Source of the DNA: the human T2T-CHM13v2.0 reference genome, Homo sapiens
Length of the DNA: 64,000 nt
Reading direction: 5' to 3' (one strand)
Assembly (NCBI RefSeq): GCF_009914755.1
Contig: NC_060938.1
The position numbers and the translations under genes were made by a program. Under the pieces are notes generated by a model. It was not told where the DNA came from, ran no database searches, and saw nothing but the letters and a program-made list of their open reading frames with translations. Shown here in pieces: positions 54,147 through 64,000 of this stretch; positions within the stretch are counted from its first letter, which is position 1; every line of letters starts with the position of its first letter.

Positions 54147-57100
54147 TTTTTTTTTTCCGTAAGTTATTGGGGTACAGGTGGTATTTGGTTACATGAGTAA
54201 GTTCTTTAGTGATGATTTGTGAGGTTTTGGTGCACTCATCACCCGGGCAGTATACACTGCAGCATATTTGTAGTCTTTTATCCTTCGCCCCCTCCCACTT
54301 TTCCCCCAAGTCCCCACGTTCCATTGTATCGTTATTATGCCTTAGCATCCTCATAGCTTAGCTCCCACACATCAGTGACAACATAAAATGTTTGCTTTTC
54401 CATTCCTGGGTTACTTCACTTAGAATAATAGTCTCCAATTTCTTCCAGGTCCCTGCAAATGCTGTTAATTCGTTCCTTTTTATGGCTGAGTAGTATTCCA
54501 TTGTATATCTAGACCACAGTTTCTTTATCCACTCACTGATGGACATTTGTGTTGGTTCCATGATTTTGCAATTGTGAATTGTACTGCTATAAATATGAGT
54601 TTGCAAGTATATTTTTCGTATAGTCACTTCTTTACCTCTGGATAGATACTTAGTGGGATTGCTGGATCAAATGGTAGTTCTACTTTTAGTTCTTTAAGGA
54701 ATCTCCACACTGTTTTCCATAGTGGCTGTTCTAGTTTATATTCCCACCAGCAGTGTAGAAGTGTTCCCTGATCACTGCATCCATGCCAACATCTACTGTT
54801 TTTTTATTATTATTTTGTTATTATGGCCATTCTTGCAGGAGTAAGGTGGTATCAAAGGTGAATAAGGTACTCCAAAGTAAGGTATCACCTTACTTTGACT
54901 TCCTCTTTATCGATTTGGGTGCCCTTTATTTCCTTCTCTTGTCTGATTGCTCTGGCTAGGACTTCAGTACTATGCTGCAGAGGAGTGGTGAGAGTGGGCA
55001 TCCTGTCTTGTTCCAGTTCTCAGAGGGAATGCTTTCAACTTTTCCCCATTCAGTATTATGTTGGCTGTGGGTTTTGATTTGCATCTCCCTGATCACTAGT
55101 GATGTTGAACATTTTTTCTTATGTTTGTTGGCCATTTGTATATCTTCTTTTGAGAATTCTCTATTCGTGTCCTTAGCCCACTTTTTGATAGGATTATTTG
55201 GGTTTTTTTCTTATTGATTTGTTTGAGTTCATTGTAGATTCTGGATATTAGTCCTTTGTCAAATGTATAGATTATGAAGATTTTCTCCCACTCTGTGGGC
55301 CATCTGTTTACTCTGCTGGCTGTTCCTTTTGCCATGCAAAAGCTCTTTGGTTTAATTAAGTCCCAACTATTTATCTTTGTTTTTATTGCATTTGCTTTTG
55401 TGTTCTTGATCATGGAATCTTTGCCTAAGCCAATTTCTAGAAGGGTTTTTCCAATGTTATCTCCTAGAATTGTCATAGCTTTAGGCCTTAGATTTAAGTC
55501 TTTAATCTATCTTGAGTTGATTTTTGTATATGATGAGAGATAAAGATCCAGTTTCAATCTCCTGCATGTGGCTAGCCAATTATCCTAGCACCATTTGTTT
55601 AATAGGGTGTCCTTTCCCCACATTTATGTTTTTGTTTGCTTTGTTGAAGATTAGTTGGCTTTAAATATTTGGGTTTACTTCTGGGTTATCTATTCTGTTC
55701 CATTGGTCTATGTGCCTATTTTTACACCAGTACCATGCTGTCAGGGTGACTATGGCCTTACAGTATAGTTTGAAATCAAGTAGTGTGATACTTCCAGATT
55801 TGTTATTTTTGTTTAGTCTTGCTTTGGCCATGCAGGCTCTTTTCTGATTCCATCTAAAGTTTAGAATTTTTTTCTAATTCTGTTTAGGATGATGGTGGTA
55901 TATTGCTGGGGATTGCATTGAATTTGTAGATTGCTTTTGGCAGTATGATCATTTTCACAATTTTTGATTCTACTCATCCATGGGCATGGGATGTCTTTCC
56001 ATTTGTGTTATCTATGATTTCTTTCAGCAGTGTTTTGTAGTTTTCCTTGTAGAGGTCTTTGGACTCCTTCGTTATATATATTCCTAAGTATTTTTTTTTT
56101 TGCAGCTATTGTAAAAGGGTTGAGTTCTTGATTTGATTCTCAGTTTGGTCGCTGTTGGTGTATAGAAGAGCTACTAATTGTTTTACATGAATCTTGCATT
56201 CCAGAAACTTTGCTGAATTCTTTTATCAGTTCTAGGAGCTTTCTGGAGGAGTCTATAGGGTTTTCAAGGTAAACAGTCATATCATAAGCAAACAGTGACA
56301 GTTTGACTTCCTCTTTATCAATTTGGGTGCCCTTTATTTCTTTCTCTTGTCTGATTGCTCTGGCTAGGACTTCAGTACTATGTTGTAGAGGAGTGGTGAG
56401 AGTGGGCATCCTATCTTGTTCCAGTTCTCAGAGGGAATGCTTTCAACTTTTCCCCATGCAGTATTATGTTGGCTGTGGGTTTTTCATAGGTAGCTTTGGT
56501 TACATTGAGGTATGTCCCTTGTATGCCAATTTTGCTGAGAGTTTTAATCATAAAGGGATGCTGGATTTTGTTGAATGCTTTTTCTGCGTCTATTGAGATG
56601 ATCATGTGATTTTTGTTTTTAATTCTGTTTATGTGGTGTGTCACATATGTTGACTTGTGTATGTTGAATCATCCCTGCATCCCTGGTATGACAACTTGAT
56701 CATAGTGGATAATCCTTTTGATATGTTGTTGGATTCAGTTAGCTAGTATTTTGTTAAGGATTTTAGCGTCTATATTCATCAAGGATATCAGTCTGTAGTT
56801 TTCTTTTTTGGTTATGTCCTTTCCTGGTTTTGGTATTAGGGTGATGCTGGCTTCATAGAATGAATTAAAGAGAGTTCCTTCTTTCTCTATCTTGTGGAAC
56901 AGTGTCAAAAAGATTGGTACCAATTTTTCTTTGAATGTCTGGTAGAATTCTGCTGTAAATTCGTCTGGTCAGTGGTGTCAGTTGTCTCCTGTTTCATTTC
57001 TTAATGAGGCTATTTGCATCTTTTCTTTTCTTGGTTAATCTTGCTAGTGGTCTATCAATTTTATTTATCTTTTCAAAGAAACAGATTTTGTTTCATTTAT

Positions 57101-59605
57101 CTTTTGTATTTTTGTTTCTTTGTTTGTTTCAATTTTATTTAGTTCTGCTCTGATATTGGTTATTTCCTTTCTTCTGCTAGGTTTGGGTTTGCTTTGTTCT
57201 TGCTTCTCTAGTTCCTTGAGGTATGACCTTAGAATTTCAGTTTGTGCTCTATCAGTCTTTTTGATGTAGGCATTTAGGATTATGAACTTTCCTTTTAGCA
57301 CTGCCTTTGCTATAACCCAGAGGTTTTGATAGGTTCTGTCTTTATTGTTGTTCAGTTTGAAGAATTTTTAAATTTCCATCTTTATTTTACTTTTGACTCA
57401 TTGCTCATTCAGGAGCAGGTTATATAATTTCCATGTGTTTGCATGGTTTGAAGTTTCCTTTTGGAGTTGATTTCCAGTTTTATTTCACTGTGATCTGAGA
57501 GAGTGCTTTGTATAATTTCAATTTTCTTAAATTTACTGAGGCTTGTTTTATCTCCTATCATATTGTCTATCTTGGAGAAAGTTCCATGCTCTGTTGAATA
57601 GAATGTATATTCTGTGGTTGTTGGATGAAATGTTCTGTGTATATTTGTTAAGTCCATTTGTTCCAAGGTATAGTTTAAATCTATGGTGTCTTTGTTGACT
57701 TTCTGTCTTGATGACCTGTCTAGTACTGCCAGTGGAGTACTGAAGTCCCTCACTATTATTGTGTTTCTGTCTATCTCATTTCTTAGGTCTATTAGTAATT
57801 GCTTTAAAAATGTGGGAGCTCCATTGTTAGGTGCATTTATATTTAGGATTGTGATATTTTCCTGTTGGACAGGGCTTTTTAACATTATGTAATAATGTCC
57901 CTCTGTGTCTCGTTTAACCACTGTTGCTTTAAAGTTTGTTTTCTCTGATATAAGAATAGCTACCCCTGCTCACTTTCTGTGTCCATTTGCATGAAACGCC
58001 TTTTTCCACCCCCTAACTTTAGGTTTCTGTGAGTCTTTACGTGTTAGGTGAGTCTCCTGAATGCAGAAGATAGTTGGTTGGTGAGTCCTTATTCATTTTG
58101 TGGTTCTGTAACATGTAAGTGGATCATTTAGGCCATTTACACTCATTGTTAGTATTGAGATGTGAGGTGCCATTGCATTCATCGTGCTATCTGTTACCTG
58201 TGTACTTTGGCTTATTTGTTTTTCATTATTGCTTTTTAACTCGTATTTTTGTTTTATAGGTCCTGTGTTATTCATGCTTTGAAGATGTTCTGTTTTGATG
58301 TGTTTCTAGGATTTGTTTCAATATTTAGAGCTCTTTTTAGCAGTTCTTGTAATGGTGGCTTGGTAGTGGCAAATTCTCTCAGCGTTTGTTTGTCTGAAAA
58401 AGACTGTATCTTATATGATGCTTAGTTTCACTAGATACAAAATTCTTGGCTGATATTTGCTTTGTTTGAGGAGGCTGAAGATAGAGCCCCAATCCCCTCT
58501 AGCTCATAGGGTTTCTACTGAGAAATCTGTTGTTAATCTGATAGATTTTTCCTTTATAGGTTACCTTGCGCTTCTGTCTCACAACTCTTAAGATTCTTTC
58601 CTTTGTCTTAACTTTGGATAACCTGATGACAATGTGTCTAGGGGATGATCTTTTTGTGATGAATTTCCCAGGTGTTCTTTGTGCTTCTTGTATTTGGCTG
58701 TCTAAGTCTCTAGCAAGGCTGGGGAAGTTTTCCTCCATTATACTCCCAAATATATTTTCCAAGCTTTTAGAATGTTCTTCTTCCTTAGGAACAGTGAATA
58801 TTCTTAGGTTTGGCCATTTAACATAATCCCAGACTTCTTGGAGGCTTTGGTCATATTTTCTTAGTAAATTTTTTTAATTTTTCTTGGATTGGGTTAATTT
58901 GAAGACATTGTCTTCGAGCTCTTAATTTTTTTCTTCTACTTGTTCAATTCTATTGCTGAGACTTTCCTGAGCATTTTGCATTTTTGTAAGTGTGTCCATT
59001 GTTTCCTGAAGTTTTGGTTGTTTCTTATTTATGGTATCTATTTCGTCGATAATTTCTCCTTGCACTTTTTGTATCAGTTTTTGGACTTCCTTGCATTGGG
59101 CTTTGCCTTCCTCTGGTGCCTCCCTGATTAGCTTAATAACTAACCTCCTGAATTCTTTTTTCAGGTAATCAAGAATTTCTTCTTGGTTTGGATCCATTGT
59201 TGGTGAACTCGTGTGATTTTTGGGGGATGTTGACAAGCCTTGTTTTGTCATATTACCAGGGTTGGTTTTCTGGTTCCTTCCCATTTGGGTAGCCTCTGTC
59301 AGAGGGAAGGTCTAGGGCTGAAGGCTGTTGTTTAGATTCTTTTGTCACACATCGTGTTTCCTTGATGTAGTACTCTTCCCCTTTTCCTATGGATGTGGCT
59401 TCCTATGAGCTAAACTGCAGTGATTGTTTTCTTTCTTCTGGGTCTAGCAACCCAGAAAGTCTACCCAGCTTGGGGCTGCCACTGGGGGTTGTCTGCACAG
59501 AGTCCTATGATGTGAAATATCTGTGGGTCTTTCAACCATGGATACCAGCACCTGTTCTGGTGGATGTGGCAGGGGGGTGTAGTGGACTCCTTGAAGTTTC
59601 TTAGC
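54147..59605 (-). mobile_element. L1PB1-like near full-length LINE with disrupted ORF1 and ORF2
   Basis: L1PB1 3'UTR (taagttattggggtacaggtggtatttggttacatgagtaagttc); ORF2 EN (57409-57921) and RT (56140-56923) fragments; ORF1 fragments (58499-59284, MGRNQKTNPGNMTKQG...); frameshifted, internal deletion near 56970. Confidence 0.95.
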
Positions 59606-59607
59606 CT

Positions 59608-59791
59608 TAGAGAGACTGAGCTCTCTGTTGTCTCTCCTTATAAGTACTCTAATCCTATAATGAGGACCTCATCCTTATGACCTTATTTAAACTTAATTTC
59701 GTCCTTACATATTCTATCTCCAAATATAGTCACATTGCAGGCTGAGGCTTTAGCATATGAATTTTGGGAGGACACAATTCAGTCCATATCA
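59608..59791 (-). mobile_element. MLT1A-like LTR fragment
   Basis: ctatctccaaatatagtcacattgcagg...catatgaattttgggaggacacaattcagtccatatca. Confidence 0.85.
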
Positions 59792-60149
59792 ATTACTGTC
59801 ATTCATTTCACTAACCCGTATACTATAACTACCCAATACACTTTTTCTAGTATTAATGTATTTTTATTACTTTAAACAAGCTTTTTAAAAATTTCAGTTA
59901 AGAATATGGAAAGTAAAATATTTTACCTTCATTTATTCCTTCTATAATGGTCTTCTTTTCTTTATGTAGATTGAAGTTTTAACCTATATTATTTTTCTTC
60001 TGCCTGAAGATCTAAATTTCATGCAGAGCAGGTAAGCTGACAATGAATGTCCTGAGTTTTTTTGTTAGTTTGAGCAAGTCTTTATTTCTTTTATTTTTTT
60101 TACTTATGAAAGGTGATTTCATTTAATATAGAATTCCAGGATAGCAAAG

Positions 60150-60194
60150 TTTTTTGTTTTGTTTTGTTTTGTTTTGTGTTTTTGTTTTTGTTTT
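60150..60194. repeat. (TTTTG)n simple repeat
   Basis: Read directly. Confidence 0.9.
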
Positions 60195-60591
60195 CATTCC
60201 AGTCCTTTTGCCCAAGTCTCTTTTTTCTTGCAGGTTTCTGATGAGAAGACTACCGTAATCCTTGCTCCTTGTTTATCTCTTGCTTCCTTCATAATTTTCT
60301 CTTTGTTTTTGGTGTTCTGAAGTTTAAATATGATATGCTGAGGTGATTTTTCTGTTTGTTTGTTTTTTTTGTGTATCATGCTAAGTGTTCTCTGAGCTTC
60401 CATGATCTATGTTTCGGTTACTGCCATTAATTTTAACAGATGCTTACCCATTATTTTTTAAAATATTTTTTCTACCTCATTCTTTCTTTTTTTTCCTTGT
60501 ATTATCCCAATTATTGATGCATTACAACTTTTTAAATTGTCCCACATTTTTTTTATTTCATTCTCTTTGCACTTGAGTTTGGGAAGTTTTT

Positions 60592-60815
60592 GATTTTTTT
60601 TTAAATTGACTTCATTTTTGGAGCTTATTTAGAGTTACAGCAAAATTTGGAAGAAATCACAGGGTCCCCATATGTCCCTTGCCCCCACATGAGTACAACC
60701 TTCACTTCTATGAACATTCCATCAGAGTGGAACATTTGTTATGACCGATGAACCTACATTGACACGTCATTATCATCCAAAATTCATAGTTCATATTAGG
60801 GTTCACTCTTGCTGA
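60592..60815 (-). mobile_element. L1MC1/2-like short 3' end nested in an older L1
   Basis: gatgaacctacattgacacgtcattatcatccaaa...attagggttcactcttg; perfect 14-bp TSD tttgggaagttttt (60578-60591, 60816-60829). Confidence 0.85.
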
Positions 60816-63800
60816 TTTGGGAAGTTTTTATTGACCTATCTTCAAGCTCATTGATTCCTCATCTGTGTCATCTACTGATGAGCCATCAAAAGGCATTCTT
60901 CATCTCTGTGACAGTGTTACTTTTCTCATTTATAACATTTACTCTTGATTCCTCTTAAATTTCTCACCTCTCTACTGATATGACCCATCTTTTTATTATA
61001 TGTTTTCTACTTTTTCATTACAGCTTTTAGCATATTATTATTTAAAATCATCTATCTGATAATTCACGTATTTGTGTCATATATGATTCTGGTTGTCATG
61101 TCTGTTTGCTTTTTTCAGACTTTTTTTTTTTTTTGCCTTTTGTTATATATTTTAATTTTTGGTTGTAAGCCAGACAGGCTATGATGAATAATAGCAACTG
61201 AAGTAAATGGGCCTTTGGTGGGAAGATTTATGTTAATCTGGCTAGGAGTTGGGTTGTGTTCAATGCTTGTTGTAGCTGTAGGTGCCCAAGGCTTCAGCGT
61301 CCTCTAGTGTCCTTGTTTTTATCTCCCCTTGACTTTAGGACTTCTTTGTATACTGCTACCGAACGAACATTTACATCTTGCAGCTCTTTCAGCTATAATC
61401 TACTGAAACAATCTTAATGCAGTGAGAGAGTAACAGTGAGAGGGGGTGACATTCCAAAATCCAATTAAGTTTTAGTCGTTTGGTAGGCCCAGGTGTCTGG
61501 GCTGTAGCCTTCACAAGTGTTCCTGTCCTTCACCTTTACTCATATCCTAGATGCAATCAATGTTCCCAGTGTGTTTCTTTGAAATGCTCAACCATGTTGA
61601 CTAATTTTTCCCCTTAGGTAAGATAATAGGCTAGAGGGCACCATAATTGGTAGGAATCCTTTTCCTGGTTGAGGCAAGATTTTAAAATTGTGCTCTGACA
61701 ATTACTTCAAGGACAGCAGACCTTAGTTATGGAGAACATTCTAAACATGTTTTACAAAGTTACGCTCCTCTCCTGCTTCCAAGGGTACTGAGGATTTTTC
61801 TTGGATCCTCTGTAAGAACTTGATGGTTCTTGGAGTGCAAACTATGAAAATGTTGCCCTCCTAATCTTGAGGCCCCCAGAAAGTCTTTATCTCATGCTAG
61901 TGCACACTCAGTATCCAGAAATTAATCAAAATTATCATTTAAGTGTTCTTAACAGCTTGTAGCTCCAGCAGTTTCTGCTCCAGATAAACAGATTTCATCT
62001 GTGATTCCCTTTATTCACCTTTCCAGATTTCAGGGTGATGATTTGCTCTGAGACCTCAGTTCTTTAATGGGTCCAAGAAATGTCACTGAATTTCAATTTG
62101 TCCAGGTTTTCTGTTGTTTTTGTAAGGATGAGAATGACTACTTCCAAGTTCTTTATATTTTGAAACTGAAAGTCTACCATGCTTCATTTTAATGATTTTT
62201 ATTGTAGTTTAAATGTGTAAGCATTTCTATCTCAATCAGTTTTAGTTCTAGAATATCTAAGCAGTACTGAATATGCTGTAGCAATTTAATTTTTGCAGCA
62301 GATAATTTGGGGCATGCATCTGCTAACATTTGAATGGAATCTTAAATAGAACTTTAGGTGAAAATGTTCAAGGGTATCTACTGAATGTTTTAAAGTCTTC
62401 CACAAATATTATAAATATGTATGCAAAAACATGTTTGGTTTTGTGCTTTAAACACACTTTTTTGGTATGTGCTATAACAATTAACTGTCATTTATGAACA
62501 CAAATTTATTAAATATTTGAAGACTTCCCTATTGCTGATTTTGCTGAAGTGTTATTATCGCTATTGCATGTAAAATCTAAGTGACTTTGGTTTGAAATGC
62601 TAGTAATCTAAATCATCAGAGGTGTTTTGAAGTTTACTGGCTCTGCTACTTTGAAGACAGCATCTAGATGTTCAGCTAATATTCTGGCATTGACCACAAA
62701 GAAAAGACAGCTTATTTTCTTCTCATTTTAAAGGTTTTGCTTACATTAAAAAATAAATTTTATGTTAAAAAGGAAAATAAATCATTGTGACACCATAACT
62801 GAATCTGTAGCAAATTCTATTCATGCTGCTACTGTGAAAGCTGGAAACTGACCAGAATGAATTAGCGGTGCTGATTCTAAAGATTTCACAAGTAAATGGA
62901 AGCCAAAAATAGTGCTAGAATCAAACACAAACCAATAGAATTATAGTAGCATCCCAAAATGTTGATGTTTAATATTGTAACAAATGTCTTAAGCTTTATT
63001 CATGATTTGAAAATTTATCCATATAGATAGTATACATAATCCAATGCACACAATATATTTCTAAAAATGAAATAATCATAAAGATGTGGAATAATTGTAT
63101 TATAAGGCAGTATTTTTCCTGCTGTTATATATTACCTTATCTACATTTCAGTTTCATTTTCCTATGAATTTAGTTTAGAGATATGGTAATTCAAATATAA
63201 TTTTTAAAATGATCCTAGTTTAAAATTCAATTCACTTATGTCAGTGTATTACATACTATGAATGATGTTTCCAGTATAATTCAGAACCCAAAACAGCTAG
63301 GTTTCTTTAGCCTAAATTACTAATTTGTTCATAAAATGACATCAAATGCAATAACCTTAAGAAAAAAATCCTAGTGAAAATTTAATTACCATTTTAAAAT
63401 AACAATTAATTATTAAATAGTGAAATACTAAATCAACCAAAGGTGAAACCTCTAGCTATTTTTTACTTTGACAGAAAGTTTACAATTTTTGGATTGTCTC
63501 AGTTTTAATGCCACAGAATTTTTATAGAGAAGCACATGTGCCTTAATTTATGGCCTGAGTTGTATATATGCTTCAGAAAAGACTGTTCACATGGAAGAAA
63601 AAAAAAAAACACCAAAGGGAAAAGGCACAATAAGTTTTATGTGTGGTGGTAAACTAGAATATTATGACTAAGTTGATGCATACATATTGCTTGTTTCCAT
63701 CTAAGAACTCAGATGCATAAGCTTCTTTTCACCAAGACCAACCCTTCATTATTTTCAAGCTTGACAATGAGAGTCTCCCTGAAGAAACAAGAAGAGTCTT

Positions 63801-64000
63801 GTTTGCCCAGCCCTAGAATTATGTTTGACTGGTGTTATTTCTCAAAGCCACATCTTAATTTGTTTCCCGAGCTTCACTGGAAATTCCTCGATGAATCCCA
63901 ATATTCATATTTGCAGTCTTGAAAGTGAATCTTTGCAGAATAAGAAGACTGTAGAGGACTTTCAAAAATAGTTTCAAAATAAAAATATATGAGAGATTAA

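Larger units (their letters stand above)
59792..62175 (-). mobile_element. Old L1M (L1MD/MC) ORF1/5' region
   Basis: ORF1-like remnant 60194-60403 (MEAQRT...SPQHIIFKLQNTKNKEKIMKEARDK) and L1M 5'-type sequence. Confidence 0.75.

Noticed and set aside
54139-59284. ORFs resembling reverse transcriptase, endonuclease and ORF1p
   Set aside because: Frameshifted remnants of one dead L1PB1, not a novel RT system or an active element

Overview
AT-rich, CpG-poor primate (very likely human) euchromatic DNA, judged from Alu, L1PA, THE1 and MER4 elements. Roughly half of the window or more is transposon-derived: L1 copies of many ages (HAL1, L1ME/MD/MC, L1MB, L1MA, L1PB, L1PA), Alu/FLAM/FRAM SINEs, MIR/L2/L3, solo LTRs (MER4A-like, LTR27/28-like, THE1B/C, MLT1), hAT DNA transposons (MER20, MER1B, MER103C) and microsatellites. 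I recognise no known protein-coding gene, RNA gene or CRISPR array. Almost all ORF-track entries are L1/Alu/microsatellite remnants or chance ORFs. Subfamily names come from recalled diagnostic motifs, not from a RepeatMasker run. Most notable observations: (1) four phase-compatible candidate exons on the + strand, starting just behind a MER4A-like LTR, that splice into a 92-codon ORF (speculative lncRNA/de novo microprotein); (2) several L1 copies with self-templated duplications and hairpin filler at junctions that cluster at one ORF2 position; (3) two twin-priming L1 inversions; (4) a dense POU/homeodomain motif cluster; (5) a quasi-palindromic 680-bp TA-rich tract. I cannot demonstrate a genuinely new biological system from sequence alone.
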